64,000 bases of DNA from the sequence record PZ179882.1. One strand, written 5' to 3'. How positions within the stretch are numbered: the stretch's first letter is position 1; the number at the start of each line of letters is the position of its first letter. The notes under the pieces are model-generated. The model searched no databases, was not told the DNA's origin, and saw only the letters and a list, made by a program, of their open reading frames with translations. The stretch comes from a phage. This document shows positions 27,069 to 36,601 of the stretch, in pieces. Both the position numbers and the translations under genes were made by a program.

Positions 27069-27412
27069 CTAGTACTCAATCCTCGATTATAAGAATCTAC
27101 TAAACGGTCAACCATTGAATGACAAGCGGCTTTATCTTTCTCCTCCGCAACTGAACATTCTAAGGTATTCCACTTTTTAGCATATCGTTTTAACAATGTA
27201 TCATTTTTGTATCTGCTTGATTTATCTCTTTCTCCGTCTTTATATGCATATATTAATTTCTGCGCAAATTCAGCTTGGCATGCTTTATTTTTCCCACAAT
27301 AATCCGCGGCAGTACGGTTTACATACTCTCTAATTTCAGTATATGATGTATCTGCTAACGCAGAAGCAGAAAATGAAATTAATCCTATACATAAAACCAA
27401 AATTTTAGTCAT
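27065..27412 (-). CDS. Secreted small protein
   Basis: 115 aa; N-terminal signal-peptide-like MTKILVLCIGLISFSASALA. Confidence 0.5.
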   Translation of the reverse strand: MTKILVLCIGLISFSASALADTSYTEIREYVNRTAADYCGKNKACQAEFAQKLIYAYKDGERDKSSRYKNDTLLKRYAKKWNTLECSVAEEKDKAACHSMVDRLVDSYNRGLSTR

Positions 27413-27950
27413 TTACTATTTCCAAAAGTTTATTATTTTTAAGGTAATTAGCCTTTTCTAGGACTTCAGAAGCATATTTAGAACCTGCTTTAACATTCCA
27501 TCCCGAATTATAAGAGGATATTGCTTTTCTTATATCGCCCTTATGTATATTTAACCAATAAGAAAGTTCAATGTACGCCCAGGAAGCTGAATTGGACCGT
27601 TTATTCAACATTCTTTTTATTTCAGCATCGGTCATATTATAACCAAGTTCCTTAACTCTTGCTCGCATAGTAGGCAAATAATTTTGGAACATTCCATAAG
27701 CGTGATGCTTTGGTTTAGATTTTAAATTAACTCCGCCAGAGCTTTCTTGCCATAAAATAGCAGCCATTATATGACCTAATCCGCTCTTGTGGATATTTTT
27801 GTGTGTTTTATATTTTCCATCCTTAGAAAATTGTTCCCCGAATTGATACGCGTAACGCATGTTATCGAGTTGGACATTACTGAAAGTATGCTCGGAGCTA
27901 TGTGCCATCATTGAAATGGCCAATAGACCAGCGAGTAGTGCTTTTCTCAT
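27405..27950 (-). CDS. Secreted lytic-transglycosylase-like protein
   Basis: 181 aa; signal peptide MRKALLAGLLAISMMAHS; WQESSGGVN...YGMFQ resembles SLT catalytic ES and GLMQ motifs. Confidence 0.55.
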   Translation of the reverse strand: MRKALLAGLLAISMMAHSSEHTFSNVQLDNMRYAYQFGEQFSKDGKYKTHKNIHKSGLGHIMAAILWQESSGGVNLKSKPKHHAYGMFQNYLPTMRARVKELGYNMTDAEIKRMLNKRSNSASWAYIELSYWLNIHKGDIRKAISSYNSGWNVKAGSKYASEVLEKANYLKNNKLLEIVND

Positions 27951-27957
27951 GCTTACC

Positions 27958-28419
27958 TCATTGAGTTTTAATTACTGCTTTAGAAGCCTTTCCTGGTAAA
28001 CGACGACTGTTAATAATTGCCATCCTACATTGAAGTGACGGGTCTTTGAACTTCGCATTAGGTTTACAAACTGTAAATCCAAGCCAAAGATTTCCATCTG
28101 TGATTTCTAAACGTCCAGGACGGTATTCAACCCCATCAATAAAATCCTCATCAATGTCAGGACGCGGAGGCATACTCAGGAATTCATTAACTTCTAAAAC
28201 ATGGTCTTTTATTTTATGGAATAATTCAAAAACATATGTCTCATCAATCTCCCGTTGAATTGCACGATCAAGAAGATGTTGAGAATATTTTAGATGAAAC
28301 GATGAGACTCCTGCTGCTTTTGATGCCTCACGAATCTCATTGTTAATTTGACGAAACTCCGACTCAAAGTGACGACGAAGCTTATTTCGACGGATAAAAA
28401 CTTCTGTATTGATAGTCAT
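27958..28419 (-). CDS. regB: Endoribonuclease RegB
   Basis: 153 aa; MTINTEVFIRRNKLRRHFESEF... recognised as T4 RegB. Confidence 0.85.
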   Translation of the reverse strand: MTINTEVFIRRNKLRRHFESEFRQINNEIREASKAAGVSSFHLKYSQHLLDRAIQREIDETYVFELFHKIKDHVLEVNEFLSMPPRPDIDEDFIDGVEYRPGRLEITDGNLWLGFTVCKPNAKFKDPSLQCRMAIINSRRLPGKASKAVIKTQ

Positions 28420-28446
28420 GTTATTCTCCTCTTAACTGATAGAAAA

Positions 28447-28476
28447 ATTATACCACAGTCAAGAGGAAAAGTAAAC
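28447..28476 (-). promoter_or_regulatory. T4 early-type promoter upstream of regB
   Basis: GTTTAC 28476..28471, TATAAT 28452..28447. Confidence 0.6.
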
Positions 28477-28478
28477 AG

Positions 28479-28757
28479 TTATTCTTTAAATCTAATCAAT
28501 TTATTCATAGACTTTGAAACTTCTGCACGAACCTCATGTAGATTTTTGAGCTGTTCAAGACGCTGCTCATAGTAAGCAATTTCATCTTCTTCGAGACAGT
28601 CCTGTGAATCTTCTTTAAGATAACGTGCATAGTCCTGGAAAGCGTTACGAACTACTTCCTGGAAGTCATCAAGACTTTGAATTTTCTTAGGAGCAACAGA
28701 TACACGACGAGGGGCAGTATAATACTCATAACCAAACCCTGCGCTTAATTGAGCCAT
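28479..28757 (-). CDS. Hypothetical protein
   Basis: ORF track 28479..28799; ATG at 28757 overlaps upstream stop (TAATG); 92 aa. Confidence 0.5.
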   Translation of the reverse strand: MAQLSAGFGYEYYTAPRRVSVAPKKIQSLDDFQEVVRNAFQDYARYLKEDSQDCLEEDEIAYYEQRLEQLKNLHEVRAEVSKSMNKLIRFKE

Positions 28758-29023
28758 TAATATTTTTCCTCTGGTTGGAACACTGCGCGACAAGCCCACA
28801 TACTGGCTTCTTTGAGTTTCATTTTAGCAATAGTTAACTGATCGAGGCTTTCGGCGTAATTCTTCGCGAGTTCATCATCTTCACAGCTATCAAATGCTTC
28901 CCAGAATTCATCATATAAAGCATCAAAGATAAGCCCTAAACGAACTTCAGCATCTTTGATAGCATTCACTTTACTGATTTTATCGTCAGTATGTGGTTTA
29001 TAACCTTTAATGTCTTCAATCAT
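28757..29023 (-). CDS. Hypothetical protein in the position of T4 vs.4 (Acb2)
   Basis: ORF track 88 aa; second ORF downstream of regB; assignment is positional only. Confidence 0.45.
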   Translation of the reverse strand: MIEDIKGYKPHTDDKISKVNAIKDAEVRLGLIFDALYDEFWEAFDSCEDDELAKNYAESLDQLTIAKMKLKEASMWACRAVFQPEEKY

Positions 29024-29237
29024 ATTTTACTTCCTCACCTGTTCCCAAATCATATTCAACTAAACGAATAGGTTCATGAATGCCATATCCTTGAACAGAA
29101 ATTTCTGTCGTAGGATAAATTCCATTAATATCACCCATGTTCCATGCTTCGTTAAATTGCTGTTCGCCTGAATTACTAAACCACTCGGCGAAAGCATTTA
29201 GCACATCTTCAGAACCTTCAATAATTATCTTTGCCAT
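29016..29237 (-). CDS. Hypothetical protein
   Basis: ORF track 73 aa. Confidence 0.5.
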   Translation of the reverse strand: MAKIIIEGSEDVLNAFAEWFSNSGEQQFNEAWNMGDINGIYPTTEISVQGYGIHEPIRLVEYDLGTGEEVKYD

Positions 29238-29599
29238 TACAAACTCTCGGTGAAGGTACGAGCGATAACGTCGCGCTGCTGTTCCGGAGTCAGAGAGTTA
29301 AAGCGAACTGCATAACCGGATACACGGATGGTCAGCTGCGGATATTTTTCCGGATGCTTAACTGCATCTTCCAGAGTTTCACGACGCAGAACGTTAACGT
29401 TCAGGTGTTGACCACCTTCAATTTTAACTGTAGGCTGTTGCTCAATTTCAATTTCACGGGCATGCAAACCATAGAAAATTTCTGGGTCTACAAAAGAGTC
29501 CTCTTTAAAGGTTTTAGAGACAATAATTCGTGCTTGAATACCATCTTCAAAATAAATAGTACCTTTATGTGTGCCTTCAAGAATTTGATATGCTTTCAT
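29237..29599 (-). CDS. Autonomous glycyl-radical cofactor (GrcA/YfiD-like)
   Basis: 120 aa; C-terminal [27 protein letters not shown] glycyl-radical motif. Confidence 0.75.
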   Translation of the reverse strand: MKAYQILEGTHKGTIYFEDGIQARIIVSKTFKEDSFVDPEIFYGLHAREIEIEQQPTVKIEGGQHLNVNVLRRETLEDAVKHPEKYPQLTIRVSGYAVRFNSLTPEQQRDVIARTFTESL

Positions 29600-29605
29600 A
29601 TAACC

Positions 29606-29935
29606 TCAATTAGAAAATAAATTTATCCAAGATTGTTCTTTAATTAAAAATGGCTCAGAATCATATGCCATTAAACTCTGTGTGATTAGTCCTTTAAAAG
29701 GCCCATCAATAAATTCCATGGTAAAATATGGAATTTTATTCATTAGCCGTGCATTAGGAGCCGTGCACAAAACTCTGCATCCTTTGAATACGCCTTTTTG
29801 TAATTTGTATTGCTTGGGATAAAATTCGCTCAAAATGTTATTTTTTGCCAAAATTTCAAAATGATTCACCAATTTATTTTTAATAGTTTTTGGCGAAAAA
29901 TAAAGATATTCGAAAAGCTGAGTGTCTGTCATCAT
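29606..29935 (-). CDS. Hypothetical protein
   Basis: ORF track 29606..29986; ATG at 29935 forms ATGA overlap with upstream stop; 109 aa. Confidence 0.45.
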   Translation of the reverse strand: MMTDTQLFEYLYFSPKTIKNKLVNHFEILAKNNILSEFYPKQYKLQKGVFKGCRVLCTAPNARLMNKIPYFTMEFIDGPFKGLITQSLMAYDSEPFLIKEQSWINLFSN

Positions 29936-30519
29936 TGCATTCCGATTACGAAAAACTGTGGACGAGTAATACCACCAATGCAACATTTAATATTACAGCA
30001 GCAGTGTACAGTGTCAATATGGACACTATAAATCTTATCCATATCAGGAGATTTGACAGGCTCATCAATTATATACAAAATTCGCGAAAGCGATAAACCT
30101 CTGAACTTGCTTCCTTTATTACCAATAAAACTGCGCACAGAATCAGTAAATAAACGAAAACGTATATCATCATTAGAATAACGCGAAAATTCCTTTTTAA
30201 TATTATCTGCGGAAATTTTAGCGTAAGCTGAAGTATTAGAAAGAACAATAACTGTTCCACCGTCATACAACCAATTAGCGGCAAAATTAGTTACTGCAGT
30301 TGATTTACCAGATTGACGCCCACCATCTAGTCGAAGTGTACAATACTGTTTAAGTAAGTCTTCAAATGGCGGGATATATTCGTTTTTACAAATTTCTTCT
30401 ACTCTAGCATCAGAATGGTGTGTAAAAGCATTCATCAGGGATAGATAAGGACCAGTTAAAAATGTTCTCATTTTGTTCTCTCTAGGTTTGGGCCATTCCA
30501 TGGCGCATGAATTGTCCAT
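29932..30519 (-). CDS. P-loop protein
   Basis: Walker A GGRQSGKST; alternative ATG at 30471 has better RBS. Confidence 0.5.
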   Translation of the reverse strand: MDNSCAMEWPKPRENKMRTFLTGPYLSLMNAFTHHSDARVEEICKNEYIPPFEDLLKQYCTLRLDGGRQSGKSTAVTNFAANWLYDGGTVIVLSNTSAYAKISADNIKKEFSRYSNDDIRFRLFTDSVRSFIGNKGSKFRGLSLSRILYIIDEPVKSPDMDKIYSVHIDTVHCCCNIKCCIGGITRPQFFVIGMQ

Positions 30520-30616
30520 TTCTGTATTTACCCATTACGGCACTTGGGCTCGACCTTATTACAGGTTGGCGGGAATCCCTCACAGAATCATGAGGTCCAG
30601 GTTATTCCCATGTTAT

Positions 30617-31033
30617 TTAAATGTAAATATTTTTGCCGTAATACTTATACCAGTGTGGCTTCATTAAAATTTTTTCATCGAGTCGTTGTTGACTCAACTT
30701 AATAGCTGATTTGCATGGATTATAATCATTTTTCCATTCTACTGGAATATCGCTGATGTCAGGAACTTCAGTATCTTTTATACTAAACCCACGTTTTAAG
30801 CATTCCGTTATAATGTCTGATTGACGCTTTCGCAAAAATTCTAACTTATCGTAAAAGAACGTAACATGACCAGAACCTAAAATAAACTCGGAAGATATTT
30901 TAAAATCTTTAACCCGCTTACCATTTGCCACGTGTTTACGAACTATACCAAAAACACGTGGCAATTCACGATACTCAGCCATAAGATGTTGGTCGGTCAG
31001 TTCAGAAACAAGTGTTAAATTGATACGAGTCAT
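30617..31033 (-). CDS. denV: Endonuclease V (pyrimidine-dimer DNA glycosylase)
   Basis: [12 protein letters not shown]...[14 protein letters not shown] matches T4 DenV; ATG at 31033 with GGAGGAAATT RBS; 138 aa. Confidence 0.88.
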   Translation of the reverse strand: MTRINLTLVSELTDQHLMAEYRELPRVFGIVRKHVANGKRVKDFKISSEFILGSGHVTFFYDKLEFLRKRQSDIITECLKRGFSIKDTEVPDISDIPVEWKNDYNPCKSAIKLSQQRLDEKILMKPHWYKYYGKNIYI

Positions 31034-31060
31034 AATTTCCTCCAAGTAGTTGATGAATGT

Positions 31061-31090
31061 ATAGTATCAAAGTCCTTGGAGGAAGTAAAC
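31061..31090 (-). promoter_or_regulatory. T4 early-type promoter upstream of denV
   Basis: GTTTAC 31090..31085, TACTAT 31066..31061. Confidence 0.55.
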
Positions 31091-31091
31091 A

Positions 31092-31894
<803 letters not shown>

Positions 31895-32350
31895 TTAAAA
31901 GAGGCTGTTCATTATTCGGTAAAGTGAAGGGCCCATCACATATTGCCACTGAGTACGAGGAATAAGGGCAAAAGCATCCATCTCTGGAATCATAACACCA
32001 TCTTTATTTTCAAAATAAGACTCGCAATGGCAATTTCTAAACATCTCATGCTCTACTGGAATCGTATAATAAAATAACTGTAAGTCTTTATTACTAGAAT
32101 ATTTAAATACACCTAGGTCTTCTAGAAGGTCTGGATTATAATTGCTAAAACCAGTCTCTTCTAAACATTCTCTTCGTGCTGCATCTAGTGCGTTTAAATC
32201 AGAATTTTCTACACGGCCTTTTGGAATATCCCAGCGATGTGCCATCATTCCAGGCTTACGAGAACCAGTAACCCGTCCCATGAATAAATCTTTATCTTCT
32301 GTCATAAAGATAATACCAGCTGATAATGTTTTCATTTTAATTTCCTGCAT
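31895..32350 (-). CDS. nudE: Nudix hydrolase
   Basis: 151 aa; Nudix box ...AARRECLEETGF; adjacent to e as T4 e.1. Confidence 0.75.
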   Translation of the reverse strand: MQEIKMKTLSAGIIFMTEDKDLFMGRVTGSRKPGMMAHRWDIPKGRVENSDLNALDAARRECLEETGFSNYNPDLLEDLGVFKYSSNKDLQLFYYTIPVEHEMFRNCHCESYFENKDGVMIPEMDAFALIPRTQWQYVMGPSLYRIMNSLF

Positions 32351-32820
32351 TCAATGATAAAGTTATTTAAATTTTGAGTATATTTCTTTTCATCAAAAAT
32401 CTTTTGTTGTCTGCGTAGCCGCCATGGCATTTCGATGAACACACACCATATTCCTGATAGTATTGCTGCTGTCAAAATATTAACAAGTATGATTAAAAGA
32501 ATCCAATCTCCCGTTCTGCCTACTGGACTTTCTCCAAAGAAGCAAAATACAAATGATGTCACAGGAAAACTAATAATGTACCACAGAATCATAATTTTAT
32601 CTGTGAACCAATCAGCGTTCGTTAATTTAGCGCGACCATTATGAATACATACGAATTTATCATCTGTTGCAGTAGATGGCTTAACTGGTTGATATCCCAT
32701 TCTAAACTCCCTAATCAGCAAATTTTTCATATCTTCGGAACAGCCATTCCAGTCAACTCTATCAACTGGAATGCCATCATCCCCATCATCTAAATCATAC
32801 CAGCGAGTTTTTAAAATCAT
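32332..32820 (-). CDS. Membrane protein with C-terminal ECRK motif
   Basis: 162 aa; TM segments; C-terminus NNFIIECRKLK. Confidence 0.5.
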   Translation of the reverse strand: MILKTRWYDLDDGDDGIPVDRVDWNGCSEDMKNLLIREFRMGYQPVKPSTATDDKFVCIHNGRAKLTNADWFTDKIMILWYIISFPVTSFVFCFFGESPVGRTGDWILLIILVNILTAAILSGIWCVFIEMPWRLRRQQKIFDEKKYTQNLNNFIIECRKLK

Positions 32821-33179
32821 CTGATTTTCCTACAATCACTCACAAACTCTTTCATTGATTCATTTTCAATATAAGACATGTAGTTATTATATTCTTTTAA
32901 TTGTATTTTGTAATCCTTTTTTCTTTGCCAATTTATTTTAAAATTATCATAATGAAAATATAGAATGATACAAAAGAATGAAAATAATGAAATAATTTTA
33001 GTATAGCGAAGTTCACTCCAAACTTCTATTATATTTACTGTGCCATCGATGTTTAAAATAAGACAGTCAATTAACAATCCAAAAAGACTACCCGCAAGAG
33101 CTGCAGCCAACGCCACAGCAAAAATTAAAAATGACTCAGGAAGCGAATATTTGACTTTATTTAGTTTTGGCTTTTGCAT
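32817..33179 (-). CDS. Membrane protein with C-terminal DCRK motif
   Basis: 120 aa; two TM segments; C-terminus MKEFVSDCRKIR. Confidence 0.5.
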   Translation of the reverse strand: MQKPKLNKVKYSLPESFLIFAVALAAALAGSLFGLLIDCLILNIDGTVNIIEVWSELRYTKIISLFSFFCIILYFHYDNFKINWQRKKDYKIQLKEYNNYMSYIENESMKEFVSDCRKIR

Positions 33180-33574
33180 CGTGATTCCTTAACAAATTTC
33201 ATAATTTCATCAAATTCATACGCAGCAAGTTTAAGCTGATATTCCTTTTTAATCTTTTTACACTGTGCTTTCCAATCACGTACGCGTTTACGATAATGCC
33301 TTCCTTGATACCAGTATCCTACCCAATTTACAGGTACTAATAAAAATGGAACTATTAATGGAAGAATTAGCATTAATACAAGTATTTCGCCAGAATCAAT
33401 ATCAGTCATAACATCTAAAACACCTCCAATAATCAATAGAATTACAAATGATATGAGTATAACAGGACCCATTAATACATCGGTAGAAATTATCTGGCGC
33501 TTTAGTTCATACTTCAAAGGTTTACTTGGAAGGTATAGTGATGGCTTTGACATATTCTCTGCATTCCTTAACAA
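33161..33574 (-). CDS. Membrane protein with C-terminal FVKESRCK motif
   Basis: 137 aa; two TM segments; start probably internal. Confidence 0.5.
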   Translation of the reverse strand: MLRNAENMSKPSLYLPSKPLKYELKRQIISTDVLMGPVILISFVILLIIGGVLDVMTDIDSGEILVLMLILPLIVPFLLVPVNWVGYWYQGRHYRKRVRDWKAQCKKIKKEYQLKLAAYEFDEIMKFVKESRCKSQN

Positions 33575-34130
33575 ATTTTTCTAGTAATAAATCGCTTTCA
33601 AAATTAGGATTTTCTACGAATTTATCAAAAAGATCATCAACAATAGTAAAGATATTCTTTTTACTAAGAATACGCTTATTTTCATATTTTGTTTCAGAGT
33701 CAACTATAAGAGTAAAGAAATATTTCTTTCCCTGAAATTTTACTGTAGTATCAATATAAAATAAATTTGACTTTTGTAAATTACGTCTAAAACACGCGTC
33801 ACTTAAACTATAAATGCCAAGATAATCATAATCGTCGTTTAAATAACAAACTGTCCATTCAGGAGAAATGAAATCAGTAAATTCAACATCAAAATCACAT
33901 GTCAATGAATGAATTGATTCAATACTGTTAATAAGTATTCCAGGACGTATTAAGGACTTTTTACCTCTATAAAATCTTCCAGAAAGACTTTCGTCAGTTT
34001 CATACGAAGACCCCCAATAGTAATTACGCCCTTCTGCCATACGTTTAAGAGCATTTAGTAATTGGTCTGGAACATCAACATGTCTTTGGAACTCTTCAAA
34101 CATTGAATTGAAATCATTTTGCATTCTCAT
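33522..34130 (-). CDS. Soluble protein with C-terminal KFVKECR motif
   Basis: ORF track 202 aa. Confidence 0.55.
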   Translation of the reverse strand: MRMQNDFNSMFEEFQRHVDVPDQLLNALKRMAEGRNYYWGSSYETDESLSGRFYRGKKSLIRPGILINSIESIHSLTCDFDVEFTDFISPEWTVCYLNDDYDYLGIYSLSDACFRRNLQKSNLFYIDTTVKFQGKKYFFTLIVDSETKYENKRILSKKNIFTIVDDLFDKFVENPNFESDLLLEKFVKECREYVKAITIPSK

Positions 34131-34149
34131 TCCTATTTACTCCAAGTAT

Positions 34150-34167
34150 AAGGGGCCGAAGCCCCTT
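34150..34167. terminator. Hairpin AAGGGGC-CGAA-GCCCCTT
   Basis: 7-bp GC-rich stem between two minus-strand genes; weak U tract. Confidence 0.4.
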
Positions 34168-34171
34168 ATCA

Positions 34172-34765
34172 TTATTTCAGAGAATTAATGTATTCCTGAA
34201 CATCAGCAGAGGTAGTTTCAACCCCAGAAATATTACCGTTAAAGGTTTCAACTCGAGCAAGGGTATCTTCAATATCAACCTTAGTCAGTGCTGCAATTTC
34301 AACTACATCATCGGCAGTACTAATTCCAAGGGCATTTGCTGCACGAGTTTCACGGATATATTCCAATTTAACCGCAAGTTCTTGACGAGCATCATCTAAC
34401 TCAACTACTTTCTTGGCGATTTCAATTCGCATTTCAGCATAACCGTCAGCCTTAGTAGTCAACTGCTCAGCTGTTCGACGATATAGTAAACCGAGTTTAG
34501 CATGCATTGTTACATCTTGGCCTTCGGAAAGAAGTTTACGAATTTCACGCTCTTTTGATTCGGCCTGTCGATTCTTTTCGATAACAAGTTCACGAATACG
34601 TTTTTCTTCGTTAATAGATTTAACAGAAGCAGTTTTTAGATCTTTAATTTTATCAAGTAGTTTTGCTGCTGCAGCAGTATACTGTTCTTCGACAGATAGA
34701 TTTTTAGCCATAGCAGAACCAAGTTTAGTGCGAATAAACTCAACAATTTTCTTCAATGTGTTCAT
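34172..34765 (-). CDS. Coiled-coil protein (weak PspA/IM30-like character)
   Basis: 197 aa; extended heptad-rich helices. Confidence 0.5.
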   Translation of the reverse strand: MNTLKKIVEFIRTKLGSAMAKNLSVEEQYTAAAAKLLDKIKDLKTASVKSINEEKRIRELVIEKNRQAESKEREIRKLLSEGQDVTMHAKLGLLYRRTAEQLTTKADGYAEMRIEIAKKVVELDDARQELAVKLEYIRETRAANALGISTADDVVEIAALTKVDIEDTLARVETFNGNISGVETTSADVQEYINSLK

Positions 34766-34866
34766 AGTATTTCCTTAGGTTAATTGAGATTTAAAATCCG
34801 TAGGAGTATAATACTCTATCGTCAAATTATAGGCTCATAATATCTCAATCATGAGCCTGCGTAAAC

Positions 34867-35130
34867 TTATTTCATATTATTGAAATATTCTTCTGCGATT
34901 TCGTCGTTATCATGGTAAACTTTAGAAGACAGTTTAACATAACCTTCTGCTGTGAACATATTAATCACAACTTTTACAGTATACCACTGACCGTCTTCAT
35001 TACCCATTACTGCGTAAGTTTCAAACATCGGATGATCAGGACCGATAACTTTAATATCATTCACTGTACGACCGAAATCTTCTGAAACGCATTTCATAAA
35101 GAAGTTGAACAGTTCGCCGTAATTATCCAT
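34867..35130 (-). CDS. Hypothetical protein
   Basis: ORF track 34867..35250; ATG at 35130 with GGAG RBS lies downstream of promoter 35174..35203; 87 aa. Confidence 0.45.
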   Translation of the reverse strand: MDNYGELFNFFMKCVSEDFGRTVNDIKVIGPDHPMFETYAVMGNEDGQWYTVKVVINMFTAEGYVKLSSKVYHDNDEIAEEYFNNMK

Positions 35131-35173
35131 TTCATTCTCCAAGTTGTTTTCTGTATCAGTAGTTGATAGTTGT

Positions 35174-35203
35174 ATAGTACCATGGAAGAACAGAGATGTA
35201 AAC
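35174..35203 (-). promoter_or_regulatory. T4 early-type promoter
   Basis: GTTTAC 35203..35198, TACTAT 35179..35174. Confidence 0.55.
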
Positions 35204-35359
35204 AGTTTTGTGAAAAAATTTTTAGGGAATTCTAGGGCAGGGATGGGCAATTAAAGGATAGGATAATATATTATAAAGGGTATAAACTAAATGATGCCTA
35301 GAGAGGTCCAGAAAGGCCTAGATACCAAAAAGCCCTATCATTTAGATAGGGATTTAAAA

Positions 35360-35923
35360 TTATTTACCTAGTTTACTTATTATAGCTTCTGCAGCAGCTT
35401 TTAGCTTAGATGCAGTGTTAATACGATTTTTAATTTCAGTATACGCATCGCCAAGAACATCAAGGCTATCAGAATAAACACTTACACTATTGCGTTCGCT
35501 ATTTGAAATAGAACCTTTAGTTTTGCGGTCAAAATCGGTGTACACGTCTTGAAGATCGCGGGCTGCCTTCTTTGCATCATCCAATGCATCAAGAGCTTTA
35601 TTCAAAGCATTAACGTATTTTTTAGTGTCGAACATATTCTTAGAAATTTTAACAGGTGCGCGTTCAGGAGTAGCTAACACAGATTTAGGAACCTGAGCGC
35701 CAGATGCCAATTTCTTAGAAATTTTGAAAAATGCTTTATTGAATTTATTTTCTTGACTCATTGTAAAAGAACTATTATCGATGTTGTACATTTCAATAGC
35801 TTTAGCTTTCCACTTAAGAAAATCGCCGCGGTCTTTTGGGTCCAATTGGAAGAATACTTTAGTAAGATCTGCTTCAGATGGTAATTTTGCTGCTTCGGTT
35901 AAAAATTCGGCATAGGTTTTCAT
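35360..35923 (-). CDS. Internal (capsid-targeted) protein, IPIII-like
   Basis: 187 aa; starts MKTYAEFLTEA capsid-targeting sequence. Confidence 0.6.
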   Translation of the reverse strand: MKTYAEFLTEAAKLPSEADLTKVFFQLDPKDRGDFLKWKAKAIEMYNIDNSSFTMSQENKFNKAFFKISKKLASGAQVPKSVLATPERAPVKISKNMFDTKKYVNALNKALDALDDAKKAARDLQDVYTDFDRKTKGSISNSERNSVSVYSDSLDVLGDAYTEIKNRINTASKLKAAAEAIISKLGK

Positions 35924-36013
35924 TTAAAATCCTTGAAATAATTTATCGGTTGGTTATTAATTATTTATTACTTTGTTACTATCCGTAACAGCGTTATCCG
36001 AGTGATTCAAACT

Positions 36014-36044
36014 AAAAAGCCCCAACCTTTCGGTCGGGGCTAAG
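36014..36044 (-). terminator. Terminator-like hairpin, copy 1 of a 31-bp repeat
   Basis: AAAAAGCCCCAACCTTTCGGTCGGGGCTAAG; on minus strand a 9-bp stem (one G-U) followed by UUUUU. Confidence 0.55.
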
Positions 36045-36048
36045 AATG

Positions 36049-36522
36049 TCATTTGATTTGTTTAGCAGACCAAATGCGGTCTTTAATAATTTTTTGGATG
36101 TCTTCAACATACTCAAGAGAGTGAACATGTGGATTATCTTTGAAACTATAAGCACGGGCTAACTTTTGGCCTTCGGTTTTGATTACTAAAAGCTCTTTAA
36201 GGATAGCTTCATATTTAGCGATAATTCCTTTAACGATATTTTTTTCTTGTGCCGCTTTAGGATCTGCTTTAGGAGCAGGTTTACCCGAAGCCTTTGCAAA
36301 AGCAGCGCCAGTAGCAACTAAACTTTTCCAGGCCATACTAACTGCATTTCCCGTAAATCCTTCCGCTTTCATGTCGCGTGCAAACTGGAATCGCGATTCA
36401 TCAGAAGCATCTTTATAGGAATATTTACCCGCGGCAATGGCAGCTTTTGCAACAGCTTGAATTTCGGTGCTAGATGCTTCATTTAACACCGCTTCATTTA
36501 AAAATTGAGTATATGATTTCAT
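36049..36522 (-). CDS. Internal-protein-like protein (MKSYTQFLNEA N-terminus)
   Basis: ORF track 36049..36699 runs into the RNA region; ATG at 36522 with AGGAAA RBS; 157 aa; flanked by identical 31-bp hairpins. Confidence 0.55.
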   Translation of the reverse strand: MKSYTQFLNEAVLNEASSTEIQAVAKAAIAAGKYSYKDASDESRFQFARDMKAEGFTGNAVSMAWKSLVATGAAFAKASGKPAPKADPKAAQEKNIVKGIIAKYEAILKELLVIKTEGQKLARAYSFKDNPHVHSLEYVEDIQKIIKDRIWSAKQIK

Positions 36523-36570
36523 CTTATTTCCTGTTTTAATTTGTAGATTTAATATACTAATATTTATACC

Positions 36571-36601
36571 AAAAAGCCCCAACCTTTCGGTCGGGGCTAA
36601 G
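36571..36601 (-). terminator. Terminator-like hairpin, copy 2 of the 31-bp repeat
   Basis: Identical 31-mer to 36014..36044. Confidence 0.55.
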
